DNA from: Penicillus capitatus
Lineage: Eukaryota > Plantae > Chlorophyta
Length of the DNA: 64,000 nt
NCBI GenBank assembly: GCA_965649825.1
Contig: OZ287695.1
Location: 911,081-975,080 of the forward strand
Reading direction: 5' to 3'
This document shows positions 10,057-23,610 of this stretch, piece after piece; positions within the stretch are counted from its first letter, which is position 1, and each line of letters begins with the position of its first letter. Position numbers and translations under genes: made by a program. The notes under the pieces were generated by a model. That model did not search any database. It saw only the letters and a program-made list of their open reading frames with translations, and had not been told where the DNA came from.

Positions 10057-12298
10057 ATGACCGTTCCCAGAATAATAGCTTTTCTAGCATTGGCACTTTT
10101 GTTGTCGACACACAGTAGCTTCGGTCAAATCATCGACTCCATTCCAAAACTCAGACGCTTCATAAGGTCACAGGAAGCCATTGTGAAAGACATCGCCGAG
10201 AACGCAACGAAATGGCATGCGGACAGAATCCGTCTCGTCCGCGACTGCGAATGCTCCAGACACGCCTGTTCTAATGACTTCCTAAACGTCGAGTGCGTCC
10301 ACCACCTCGGGGAACTGGACATTTGTAAAACCGACGGACGACGGGTGGACTACAACAACTCCATCTTCCGCACGCCTCGGGGCACGAATCCGAAGAGGCT
10401 CACCGACAGCCTCAAGGAGAGCATCTGCGTCTACAAGCAGTTAGAAGATGTCGTCAAGGAATACGGTCGCGATGAGATTGGATGGATTTACATCGGTAAG
10501 AGTAATTCTCAGTCCTTCGACGTTATCCAGTTCTACAGGAACACGAGATGGACACTTTCGACGGTATCCAGGCACGGCGGATTCGCGTCATGACGAGAAT
10601 GGAGATGAGTTGTGGAATTTATGCAGACTGTACGATCCTCGCCTTCGTCCATGGTATATCGGAGCCAGTACTGGACCGAAGGACCTCGTTCTGGTGGTGG
10701 ACAAGTCCGGCTCCATGCTGGACTACATAGATTTTGCGCAAACGAAGACCAAGTGGGATTTGATTTCTCGAGCTGTGTCCGAAATGATCGACACGTTTAC
10801 CTTTGCCGACTTCATCTCTCTAGTGACGTTTTCGGACTCGGCTGGGACAGCTTTGCATGGAACGGGTCTTGTCAGAGCCACCGAAGAAAATCGTCAGAGA
10901 CTGAAAGAAGCACTTCGAAATGAGACTGCCGTGGGGCAAACCAATTTTACAGCAGCATTTGAAGCAGCCTTCCCTTTGCTATGGGAGGGCTGCGACACCG
11001 AGCCGCCGCAATGTTCGAACTGCGAGAAGATCATTCTTTTTCTGACGGACGGCAGAGACACATCTGGAGAGAATCGAGCAAGCATCAAGCCGTCCAAGAT
11101 GGCCGCCGTCATTGAACGCCTTCAAACAGAACTTGCCAACAAAACAGGCAAACGTGCAACCATCTTCACCTATTCGATGTCCGACGATGCCGACGATGGC
11201 ATCCCCAGACAGATCGCCTGTGCGAACAATGGAGCCTGGGCCTTCATCGGGTTCCACACAAAGACACTGGACGCCTTGAACTCATACTACCTGTATGAGG
11301 CGGCCAAGCGCCGTACAGAATCGCCGTTCTGGATCGAGCCCTACGAGGATGCGAGCGGACTGGGACTCGTCACCACAGTGGCCATGCCTTTCTATGCCCG
11401 CGGAACGAACGATGTGCCTGATGTGTTCCTGGGCGTCGTGGGACACGACATCATTCTGAGCGAACTGGATTTCGAAGAAGTGACCAGAGATCAAGTGATC
11501 AGTGCTATTATACCCCGTTCAAAGGACTGTCATCTCGCAGACAACACTCCCTGCGAGTTGCAGGTCTACAGGAATGCGCACGATAGGAGATCGCGCTGTG
11601 CTGATCCCCATCACGACATATCCAAGCACTCTCCGTCTGCTAAGTCAAAGGAGCCGTACGTCCTGTGTCACGTGCATAAAGGTATGTACTACAAGAGATC
11701 GGTGGAAGAGGCGACCTGGAGAGAGGCCGTTTCCAAGTGCGAGGACATCGGAGGAAGCCTTGTGAGTGTCAAAGATGAAGAGGAGTTGGCTTTTCTGGCA
11801 AATCTGGCATCGATTGACGGATCTTGGATTGGCGCAGAGAAAACGCCAATGGCAAGCTTTGGCTGGCTGGACGACTCTTTACCGACTCTGTCACGGGACT
11901 CCGAGTTTTGGGGTATCCAGGAACCTCTGGCTGTACATGGAACCGAAAACTGTGTCGCCATCGACACGAGAGGCGTCATCGCCAACCTGAAAGCCATGCC
12001 ATGCAACAACCTCGCGACATACATCTGCAAGTTTGACACTGACGATACGTGTCCTGCCGGCATCGCCAGCCCAGGAGTAAAGGGATACTTCAAGGTTCCC
12101 CCTCTGGACAAGTGCGTCGACGAAATCGAAGCTCTCGATGAGACGAAGCCTGTCGAAGACGTCGAGGATCTGTCGACGGATGATGTCATGTGCCCCTTGG
12201 GCAGAAACAGAACGAACGCGGAACTTCAATGCTGCGGCGCCGACGACGATCTCTGCAGGACTATCTCCAAGAGAAGGTCTTTCAAGAAGCAATGTTAG
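10057..12298 (+). CDS. alpha2delta-like (Cache + VWA) secreted/membrane protein with C-type lectin domain, paralogue 1; C-terminus uncertain
   Basis: Signal peptide MTVPRIIAFLALALLLSTHSSFG; YDPRLRPWY; VWA with MIDAS DKSGS...TNF...FLTDG; Cache motif PYEDASGLGLVTTVAMP; CTLD C..IGGSLVSV...WIG...ENCVAI...YIC; one intron near 10496-10538. Confidence 0.8.
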
Positions 12299-13931
12299 TT
12301 TTGTCAACAGGAACGTCGATGGGAGTTGCGTAAGAGATCTGGCTGGATCTGTCTCTGCTGCAGTCACTCAAGACCGTCAGATTTTCGCTCTGTTCTACAT
12401 CATACTCTCAGAAAACAGAACGCTGTCTTCAATTTCTTGCTTGACCATTTCCAGGATAGCTTGTAAAATTCACACTTCAGTATTTGCTGCATTCATATCC
12501 AAAACATCATCATCGCTATAGGAAAACACGCTATTGTTAAACTTCTGCTAAAATGTAAATCGTTCAAGTACTTTATTTCTTTAGGTCATGCCCTTCTGTC
12601 GTATTTTACCGCGGAGAAAGCATCACGTATCTGAACCATGCCCTTGGTATTGTGCTGTTAAGGATTCCTCGGCCACTTCGTCGTACAGTCACGGAATTTG
12701 AGCCTACTTAAAGGTCCGCACAAGCGAAACGAACGCAGAGTGTGTCAAACGTGCATCATCACACCTTTGGAGTCGTGCAGTTATGCTTCGTATTAGCGCT
12801 ATCGAACAGAATCGTCATCGTTTGGTCTAATTGAGTGCATTGCGCTCGATCGATACAATCCATCAGCCGAGCGCTGCAGAATTAGGAAAGAGGGCCGAAG
12901 TTGTTGGCCGTCTACTGACGTCGTTCTGTGTCCATACCTGCTGACAGCGTTAGGAATGTACACGTCACATGAAAACGTCGTGCATGTTCGTTCTCTCCGT
13001 TCACCGAGTCTTTAAATCGTCGGATCCGACGAATGGACTCCTTCTGTAAGAAGATCTATCTGCAGGTTTACGGACAAAGAAATTAAACCAAGAGAAAACG
13101 GAAATAAACGCAGCATGCAATTCATGTCTAAAAGAGAAGAGTCAAGTCAAAATCCCATAAAAAGGCTGAGGAGAGCTCTACATCGTTCAGTTTCTCTGCG
13201 TATTCGCTTCATGGATGAAACAAATGACCAGATTTGAATCTGGTCTGTTTCTGTAGAAGATATCGAGATAGGACGAAGTTTCTTCATTCATTTGAAAGAA
13301 CGTTTGTCTTTGTTCTTGTGTCGAGAATCGACAGATGCTTGTCACGCACTACCAAGAATTCTGATGCAATACAGCGTCATCGACTCTTCGTCGTCACGAT
13401 CGAATCCGTGACAGACGATACCTGTATGAAGATCGACGGACGCTTCCTCTTTTCGCGACAGTCCAGAACAACGTCATTAGGAAAGCAAACTAATTGAATG
13501 GAGATAAGCTCGCTTTAGAAAGCACAAACGGTCGTTTCTTGAGAACGGAAGGTACACAAGGGCCGTTTTTTGATGTTTTACGTTCTTTTCATTCGACACA
13601 TGAACCTAACGGCTTCTATTCTGCGGCCTTCAGAACTATCCTTGACTTACAGACCGGGAAAACAAACGTCGTCAACTTGTGGAGCACGACTATTTCCAAA
13701 GACAACAGCAGAGCCAAGAACACACGTTGTCGCTACCCACACCCACACATCTGCCCAACGAAATAAACACGATTAATTGTTCACGAGGAAGCTCTGGACG
13801 CAAGTTTCAATGACTGTCATGAAAACCACAAGGGAGGTTACTCTGACGCTCCCCTAATCCCAATCCGTCAGGAGCACATAACCGAAGAACGGTTGAGGAT
13901 AGCCTCGCAATACGCAAGAGTTTTTTAGAAC

Positions 13932-16847
13932 ATGATACGTTTCACACTTTCGCGTCGACATCTCGGTCACTCACTTCTCTTACTACTTCTATTGCACTGC
14001 TCCACATCTACATGTCACTCAACAAACGGTAACGCGCCTTTGCTGAGACGTTGAACACGGTTCGGTTGCGACAGAGGCAACAACGAAGTCCGAGGCGAAA
14101 CAAACAAAACCACTCTACCTAAATGTGAACGCAATGACTCGCAGACAACGCTTGGTTGAGTTCGGATGGCTGACAGGCGGAAGAAGCTCCGGCCAGTCGG
14201 TTTCCATACACCTGTAGTCTATCTTCCAGAACATTAGGGATTCACGGTTGCGGTGGCGTACTGATTCGACCGCAATGGGTCGCGACGGCGGCGCACTGCG
14301 TTGACCCTAGTCTAACGGAATCTCTTGGTCGAAACCCCGTCGTGCATTGTGGTATTCACAAACTCGACTCTGAGAAAGGCGAAGTGAGGCAACCCTGTCT
14401 GATGACATCCCCTTTTGTAAAACAAGCGACGGTTGGCAGTTGTTGAGTGCTGAGGCGACCTATCTGCACAAGTTTTGGACAGGGAATCATAAAGACGGTT
14501 ATGATTTTGCTCTGCTCAAGCTAAAGGACAAAACGAAAATCCCATTGCCGTCTGTCGACATTCAGGGAGGCCATTTCAAGAACGGCAGTACGTTTACTGC
14601 ACTCGGTTGGGGAAAGAAGGAGGATGGACTCTTGCCGAATGCACTGCAAGTGGCTGAAATGGTCTATGTCGATCCAGAGGCCTGTAAGGAAGTCTACATC
14701 AGTCAAGTCACGAATCACACCATCTGCGCCGGATTCGATCAGAATGCCTGTGAGGGTTCGTTCCTGCATTCTCTTCTGTATCGCGAGTAAGCGCTGCGGT
14801 TAGGTGATTCCGGTGGACCATTGATCGTTCCCAACGCTCCTGGCCGGAAAGTCTTTGCCGGAGACCCCACCATTGACCAGGTCATTGGTATCACTTCAGC
14901 AGGACCCGACGACTGCGCCGATGGATACCCAACACTCTATACCAGTATTGGATCGGTCTGGGACTGGGTGCTCGAGACGATTGGCGAATCTTCGTCGGTA
15001 AGAGAATGGCTACACACGTCTATGGTCTTAGACACCTCCGTGCTGTACTAGCCATCTTCGTGCCCCGTATCCTGTCCGGATCCGTCCGATCTCGAAGAGG
15101 TCTGCCGCAACTACTGTGATGGAGAGAAGGGAGATGAAGAAACGATCGAAACGGAGCGCAAACGTTTAAGGAACCTGACAGAGAAGGAACTGCTCTATGT
15201 CGTTTCCTCTTCGAAATACGAGAGGAGAGTTGATGATGTGACATGTGCAGGAAGCTTTCATGTCAACAGTGGATGACAATGCACTGACGTTGGAAGCTGC
15301 TCTCGAAAAGGGACTGCATCCCGATGCAAACTATGGCGATGGTTATTCTTCGGATTATCCATTGGTGGCACAATCGACGTTGCTTCACTGTTCTGCTGCC
15401 TACAATGCATCAACGTGTGCCAAGGTCACATACCTATCTGCCACTCTTGCATTGCTGACGGCGGATGTGTTGTCACTCCATTCTGTCTCGCCAATAGATT
15501 CTGGTAAACAGCGATGCTGACGTTAACAGTGTCAACGCAGCAAACTTGACGCCTCTGCATATTGCCGCCATGACTGGATCCGCGTCCGTTGCAAAGGTGA
15601 GACCAGAGTCCCGACCCGATCGGCATCTCTTCTCGTATTCTCGATGCACGATAACGACATAACGGATCTAGATCCTTCTGGATGCTGAGGCTGACACAGA
15701 TTTGGCAGATGACATGGGGGCCACGGCATTGCACATCGCAGCGAGGAAAGGGCATACCACCATCGCCAAGGTGCGAAATTCAATCGGTCGGCGCTGCCAG
15801 TCTCAACGTCCAATTCAGATGCTGATGTCGAAAGGCGCTGACCTCGAAGCACTGGACGATTCGGATCAAACACCACTGCACGAAGCGGTCAACAATGGCC
15901 ACGTCGGAATGGTCAAGGTCGATGCAGCATTTCTCCTTCTCCATCTAAAAGGGACGATCAGGTTCTCTTGGATTTCGGCGCAGAGACAGATGCTGCGGAG
16001 AAGGGTGGGAATACTCCCCTTCATATCGCGGCACACTATGGACATACATCCATCGTCAAGGTAATCCCTCGGAAGAGTCGTACACTTGGCGACATTCAAA
16101 GCCGAAATCTGTGAACAGCTTCTCCTTCGCGACGGAGCGGATGTCAATGCAATCGATGATGAGGCGTGGACTGCCCTGCACACGGCATCGCGTTTTGGAC
16201 ACGTTGAGATCGCGAAGGCACGGCATCGGATATTTCTCTCTAAATCAACGTGGACTGTTGGCAGATTCTGCTGGATCACGATGCAGATGTCGATGCCGTC
16301 AAGGCCAACTCATGGAATGCACTCCACTTGGCTTCGCGCTATGGACACGCCAAGATCGTGAAGGTTCTTCTCTGGATCCATCTCCGCACCTAGTAGCAGA
16401 GTGCATCGACAGGACCTCCTCCAACACGGAGCAGATGTGAATGCCGCAAAGAACGATGGATGGACGGCGATGCACTTGGCGATTCTTGGCAAACATATCG
16501 AAGTCGTGAAAGTACATCCAACGTTTCGTCAATGTCGATCGCATCTCTGCATTTGTCGCAGATTCTTATCGACGAAGGAGCAGATTTTGACGAGGTCACA
16601 GAATCTGGGCATACTCCTCTTCATACCGCAGCCGGTTTCGGACTGTTGAACATCGTTAAGGTGCATCTAGGTCGCCTCTTATCGTCTCCACACCGCATCA
16701 TCTATCCAGGTCCTGCTGGATGCCGGAGCTTCGAAGACGGTGACCGACGTCGATGGATTGACGCCTCTGGATGTCGTGTGCGCCGAACACCATATTATTT
16801 GCTCCGAAGAGACACGGACTTCCATCAGGAAACTTCTGTCTCCATAA
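13932..16847 (+). CDS. Secreted S1 serine protease-ankyrin repeat fusion protein, paralogue 3 (8 divergent repeat exons)
   Basis: Signal peptide MIRFTLSRRHLGHSLLLLLLLHC; WVATAAHC, GYDFALLKL, G|DSGGP; junction intron 15199-15250; eight 99-nt ankyrin exons; stop TAA at 16845-16847. Confidence 0.85.
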
Positions 16848-17729
16848 CTGTTTGCCTGCTCCGTTGATAGCATAGCACACAACCTCATGACAACTCAGTC
16901 GTATTCTTCTAATGGACGCCGTTGTGGCATCAATCATGCGTGTCCTGTATCTCTTGTAGAGATCGTAGATATGGAAATGGTGATTGAGGTACTGTTTGAA
17001 AGACTTAAGGGTAGGTGGTGGGATACATGTATTGGTTGGCGAGTTGCTTGACATTGGAATGTTGCCTAGCTGGAAGGTTAGAGATGCTTCGACAGTTTCA
17101 CATGTTGATAGGTCATTTGGCACAGCTCGAGAGGTCACTTCGCGGCAAAAGGCGCCATCGAGATGCAACGAGAAGTGAGATGAACGTGCTGGTTAAGCCA
17201 GCGATGGATTCGTCCGCACATCAAGAGAAGATGCGAATCGCGTATCGTTACAAAACGATCTCCGCGCCGAAAGACGTCGTCTACTTATTCTGTCCACGAG
17301 AGCGGCAGACAGTCTGACCAAAGTATAGAGCATGAGAGATCAGATGACAAAAGACAGAGCGACCGGGTTTAACATAACGAAAGAGTGTTGGTACATAGCG
17401 TACCGCCGATCCGCCCATGTCCACAACCACCACGCCGATCACAGAGCGCGTTTGCCCTAATCGTCGACTGCCGGTTGAATAGACGACCGTGTTGCGCGTT
17501 CGACTTGTCTTCGATAAATTCGCCGGCTTTCAAGAGTAGCGGGGCATCGTCCGTCTACATGGGGACACTGAAACACGAACGTGATGTGTGTCGCTGCTAT
17601 ACAGTCGGTTGGAAATCGGTTATGTTAACTGAGAGTGTGTCAACCAATTGCCCCTTGACTGTGTCGGTTGTCATCAGATGTTCTAGTTGAAAGAGCAACC
17701 ATACACGCACAAAATCCAATACTCGTGAA

Positions 17730-19902
17730 ATGAAGTTTGTTTGGAAAAACAATGCACTTCGAACGTTGCTGCTCCTGTTGTTCGTTCATGGGGTTCTGAC
17801 CGAAGAGCTCAACGAGTTCATTAAAGAGCAAGAAAAGGTTGTAAAGGGTCTGGCCAAGAACGCAACGAAATGGCATGCGGACAGAATCCGTCTCGTCCGC
17901 GACTGCGAATGCTCCAGACACGCCTGCTCCAACGACTTCCTGGACGTCGAGTGCGTGCATAACCTCGGAGAGCTGAAGATGTGCGAGGCCGATGGACGAC
18001 GGGTGGACTACGGCAATTCCATCTTCCGCACGCCCTTTGGTACAGACCCAGAGACGTTGACTGGCAACCTCAAGGAGAGCACCTGTGTCTATAAGCAGCT
18101 GGAAGATGTCGTCAAAGACTACAGTCGCGATGAGATTGGATGGATATACATCGGTAAGGGCAATTCTCACTCCTTCGATTTTGACATGGTCTGCAGGAAC
18201 ACGGGATGGTCACTTTCGCCGATACCCAGGCACGGCAGATTCGCGTTATGTGGATAATGGAGACGACCTGTGGAACTCATGCAGATTGTACGATCCCCGT
18301 ATTCGTCCATGGTACATCGGAGCCAGCACTGGACCGAAAGATATTGTTCTGGTGGTGGATAAGTCTTGGTCTATGCTGGACTACATTGGTTCCGAGAAAA
18401 AGACAAAATGGGATTTGGTATTGGATGCCGTGACAAAGATCCTTGATACCTTTACTTTTGCCGATTTTGTTAGCGTCGTTACGTTCTCTGACGAGGCTGA
18501 TACCGTTCTGAAGGGGCCAAGTCACGTCAGAGGACAGCGAGAGAGCCTGAATCTCTTGAAAGAAGCATTGAAGGAAGAAATTCCGGTCGGCAGAACGAAT
18601 TTCAGTGCTGCATTCGACGCAGCGTTTCCCGAACTGTGGGAAGGATGCGATGAGGAACCTACACAGTGTTCCAACTGCGAGAAGATCATTCTCTTCCTCA
18701 CCGATGGCCAAGATACGTCAGGCGATGACAGGGAGAGCATCAAGCCCTCTCAGATGGCGATCAAGATCGAAAAGCTTCAGCAGACGCTCATGGAGAAAAC
18801 AGGCAAACGTGCATCGATCTTTACCTACTCAATGTCCAATGAAGCCGACGATGGCATCCCTAGACAGATCGCCTGTGCGAACAACGGCGCATGGGCGTTC
18901 ATCGGACCAGATACAAACGTACTGGACTCCTTGAATTCATACTCTCTGTATGAGGCGGCCAAGCGCCGTACAGAAACGCCGTTCTGGATTGAGCCCTACG
19001 AAGATGCCAGTGGACTGGGGCTCGTCACCACAGTGGCGATTCCTTTCTACGCCCGCGGAACGAATGATGTGCCAGATGTGTTCCTGGGCGTCGTGGGTCT
19101 CGACATTATTCTGAGCGAACTGGACTTCGAAGGAATGACCCAGGAAGCTATCTTCAATGCGTTTTTTGATCGTTCCAGTCGCTGTGTCCTTGCCGATACG
19201 ACGCCCTGTGAGATCCAGGTCTACAGAAACTCCCATGATGAAAGATCTGTCTGTGCCGATCCTTATCCCAATGTCCTGGACGCGCCTCCCGTTGCCGAAT
19301 CCTATGAACCTTATGTTCAATGCTACGAGCACAATGATCATTACTATAAGAGATCGTCCGAAGAGTTGCCATGGGACGAGGCCTTATCAAAGTGTGAGGA
19401 CAGTGGAGGCGAATTGGTCAGCGTCAAGGACAAAGAGGAGCTTGCGTTTCTGGCAAATCTGGCCTCGCACGATGGATCATGGATTGGTGCTCGGAGAGAT
19501 CGGTCAGGAGACTTTGCCTGGCGTGATCGATTTCTGACAAAACTGAAGAGCAGCTCCGATTTCTGGGGATTGCTGGGAGCCAGTCGTGGAAATGATAAGG
19601 ATGCAGATTGCGTGGCCATCGATACGAGAGGCGTCATCGCCAACCTAAAATCCCGGCCATGCAAAAATCTCGCGACGTACATCTGCAAGTTTGACAGCGA
19701 TGATGCGTGTCCTGCCGGCGTTGCCAGTCTAGGAGTAAGGGGGTACTTCAAGGTTCCCCCTCTAAACGAATGTGTCGATGAAGTCGAAGCCCTCGATGAG
19801 ACGACGCCTGTCAAAGACGTCAAGGATCTGTCGACGGATGATGTTATGTGCCCCTTGGGCAGAAACAGAACGAACGAGGAGCTTCAGTGCTGCGATGTAT
19901 GA
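17730..19902 (+). CDS. alpha2delta-like (Cache + VWA) protein with C-type lectin domain, paralogue 2; C-terminus uncertain
   Basis: Signal peptide, YDPRIRPWY, DKSWS MIDAS, FLTDG, PYEDASGLG and CTLD; colinear with 10057-12298 including the intron position. Confidence 0.8.
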
Positions 19903-20625
19903 GATGATGTCTGTTAGAAGACCACCAAAAGTGCGTGTCTTTCATACTACCCTGGTCATTTCTGTAAACGAAGATGCTGTCGGAAACGTCGATAGAGATC
20001 AGGATCTGTGTGGTTTGTTCGCCGATGGCATCATCACTCTTTTTTTGTCGTCGCTGGTTGGAAGCGAATTTCAAGTATGGCAACTTTCCCCCATGACATT
20101 GCTAAGTTGATATTGGTTCATTGCCTCACGTTAGAACTCAATCTACTGATTGTTCGCATAATCTACTTTCTCGAGTGAGATTCTCATCTGTGGTGGGGGT
20201 ACATATGAGACATCTGTCCGTCTTCTTTCCTTTCTGACTTTTATATTCTTGTACTTTGCACAGTGCTGGCTAATATCCTATGTTGTAGAAACATACAACT
20301 CTTCTTAACAGATCCCATTGTCAAAGGGAATTCATGCAGATCACATCATGCATCCTCTGCCCAACATCCATTTCGCGTCATGAGAATGCGCCCGATCAGA
20401 CAGGATAAAACGAATATCTCGATCGGATCGAAGTTGTGTTGTGTGATCGATTCGCTTTCGGAGTCGAAAAGTCTGATCGATTTCGATTCTTTCGATCGCG
20501 TTTCGGCAGATCGATCGACGCTGAGCAATCATCGTTACCATACGCCTGCAAGGCCGTACAACAATGATGCAGGTGTACGATGACGCAATCGTCATTACTC
20601 GTCGCATCGCGCGAGCGTCTGCGGG

Positions 20626-21933
20626 ATGTCTTGCGTCTTGTACAAACGCGAAGAGGCATGGGGACTGCCGTCCTTGTCCTGCGCATGTATCCAAGCCGAG
20701 GTGCACGACAAACGTCTCGATCGGCATCGCGCATCTGTCTGCTCTGTCTTGCTCTTCTCCTAGGCACTGCTGCGTTTTTCTGGAGCAGATTTTCGCGTCG
20801 TCGTTCAGCAGGAACCCGGTCGTTCTCCGACAGGTCAAGCCTCTGAGCACACTAGGCGGCTCGTCGACGTGGGGTGTCTCCAGGTTTTCATCCGGCCTTT
20901 GAGAAGGACCAGAAATTGGCATCGACGGAAGATTGCGTCACCGAATTCGATTGCGTTCGCCAGATCCATGCCTTTCTGAAATCCACGAGTGCTGATGTCG
21001 ATGCGCATCTCGCGCAGAAGGCGGCTGCAATGTCCAAAGCCATGACGACCTTCATCGAGCAGGATCTCGAACCGGCCACTCTTTTTACGACGTGGTGTGA
21101 GAAGGAAGGATTCAAACACTATAAAGTACATGAACCATCTCACTCTCGTTCTCACTCTTTCTACTATCGGTTCAGGATGCATTTGGTGGGAAACTGCTCT
21201 TCCCCCTGAACTTTATTGTGGCAAAGACAGAGCAGCGCAGCATGAGTGGCCGGGTTTCTAAATCGCAGCCCGACGATGTCAGGTCCGCTGTGTTAGCGTC
21301 CTTCTCTGATGTGACGTTTGGCAGATTTATCGCAAAGCGTGTGATCTACTGGATGCCGTTTCGCATCTATTGGACGGGCAGAACTCGTACCTCTTTGGTG
21401 ATATCCCCTGCAGCACGGATGCCTATCTCTACGGTCATCTTCTCTTCTACCGCCTGTCTCCCGTCACATCACCTGTCCTTCAACGCAAGGTCCTTCCTGA
21501 TGACGGCGTGATGGACGCCACTCGATTGGGTGTTTCTCTCTGCAGCTGAATGCACTGGAGAATGTCAAGAGCTACGTACAGAGGATTACGGCAAACTATT
21601 TTGCCCAAGGCGTTCCAGCTCTAGAGTCTGTTGATGTGACAGCTCCTGCAGAAGAAGAGGAAATGTCATCGGCATGGTCCACCTCCCCAGCGGTGGTCTC
21701 CACTCCCTCCACTCTCGCCAACGTGATGTATGTGAGCGTGTCTGTAGAGTGCGACCCTGTGGAGTGCACAGAAGCTGTGGAATGAGCTGCAGAAGATGGA
21801 TAAAATGAGCAGGTGGTGGCTAGGCAGCGCAACAACTCTCTTGCTTCTTTACTCCTGGTTTCGTCCCCCCTTCGTCGTCATCGTAGAAAATGGCGACGCT
21901 TTTGCTGACGATGGGGACGAAGATGCAGACTGA
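20626..21933 (+). CDS. MTX1: Metaxin-like mitochondrial outer membrane protein
   Basis: N-terminus MSCVLYKREEAWGLPSLSCACIQAE; GST-C-like DLLDAVSHLLDGQNSYLFGDIPCSTDAYLYGHLLF; C-terminal TM followed by acidic tail DDGDEDAD*. Confidence 0.7.
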
Positions 21934-22447
21934 ACATGCCTGTGAAAACACGTCTCCCACAAGAAGGGTCTCTCTTAGGGAACAGCCTCGACGCACTTCA
22001 GCACCAGCAGATTCAACTAGTGCCGTACTCTAACGTTCGCCCCGTCAGAACGAAAACAGGACTTCGTCAACGAGATGTATAACAGACACACGCTTCACAG
22101 CAGCGACTGTTTAGGAATGGAGAGCGAGTTAGGAAGCGATATCCTGGGTACATAGATGTCAGGCACGATGATATGCGATCCACTTTCCACTCCTTGCAAA
22201 ACGGACAGATCCATCTCTGCACGACTCAAACAGATTCCATAGCAAAAATACGAAGAGACAGGATATCTGATGCTAGAAAAGACGTAAGGATGGGTGTTAC
22301 ATGAGAAAAGGAAAAAGAGTAAGAACATAGAGTGCTGCATTGAATATCGCGTAACCGTCCGAAACTCAAAGAGCACGATCAGCAACAGCAGTCCTCTTGG
22401 ATGATGTCCTCGGCAGTTACATGAGACGAGATCGTACCAACGTCACA

Positions 22448-23543
22448 TCACAACTCTGTTGCTTTGCTGTCCGAAATCTGACGCGATGGATCGTCAACGG
22501 CCTCGTCTGGCAAGCGACGATAGATAGCCTTAAACACCTAATGCAATGACATACTCCATACCAGACGTCCATAGCAAGGCTGTACTTGGCCTCTATTGCG
22601 TGCCACTTTGCGTCCCTCCTCCGAAGTGTCGGGCAGGAGTGCGGCAATGGGATCTGCCTCGATCTCCTCCGCCGTCAGCGCCTGAAAGAGCGGATGCGCC
22701 TCGAGCTTCTCTTTCTAAACAGAAGCGCTAAATCGAGACCTGCCGATCAAATAGCAATCCCACCATCCACTCCGCCAGGCCCTCCACATCCGTGGTGGTG
22801 TACAAACGCCCATTTGGTTTCAAGAAATGCGCATAGACCGTGAGCAGATGTGTATTGATGATGCGACGTCGATGGTTGGCAGCTTTAAAGTGCGGATCCT
22901 ATACACAGCCCATCCTCAATCAAGGCCGTCCTCTTTCCCCCGTCCATCGGCCTTACCGGAAAGAGAAAGAACATGCGTTCCAATTGGGCTCGGCAAAAGT
23001 AGTTTGGCAAATGCTTCATCGCGTTGGCTCTGACGCACGCCACATTACGATACGCCCCTGGACTCTCCTCTCTCAAAAACTCTGCAAACAGATGCGGATC
23101 TCTCGACGGTTAATCGTGCGGACGAGAGAACCGATCCTCTGCTTGACAAACTCGGCGATGCTGTCACGCAGTTCCATTCCGAGTGTGCAGATCTGTGGAA
23201 ACACAGATGCCAATCTGCAGCCATGGCATGCCACACGGTGCCAATGTCGCCGCCGATGGGGTTGCTCACTTCACGGTCAGTCCTCCATAGCCGCATCCGA
23301 CATCCAAAAATCGCACGGGCGATCTGTCTGGCGCCTCTGGAAAGAGTGCCGACCAGTCGATGTCATCCGGCGTGGCAGGCACCGGAAAGACGGCATCATT
23401 CAAGGGGTTTCCGTGCGCCCGTGCTCGATAGAGTCGCTTTCTCGGATAGCTCGGCCCATCGGGTACCTATCCAACTGGTCGTCCGCAAAGGTCGGTCCGT
23501 TGTCGAGCGGACGTACCTGACCTCTTGTGGCACGTTTACCCAT
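22448..23543 (-). CDS. TRM8: tRNA (guanine-N7)-methyltransferase catalytic subunit
   Basis: [18 protein letters not shown] motif [29 protein letters not shown]...MFFLFP; spliced model. Confidence 0.92.
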
Positions 23544-23610
23544 TTAGCCGCATTCAATCGTCGCATTGTTTTCCACTCGCCCGTTCCTCGTTGCCATGCG
23601 GTCGTCTGTC

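Noticed and set aside
12520-13900. AT-richer gap with short ORFs, possible transposon relic
   Set aside because: No transposase or RT motif, terminal repeat or TSD recognised
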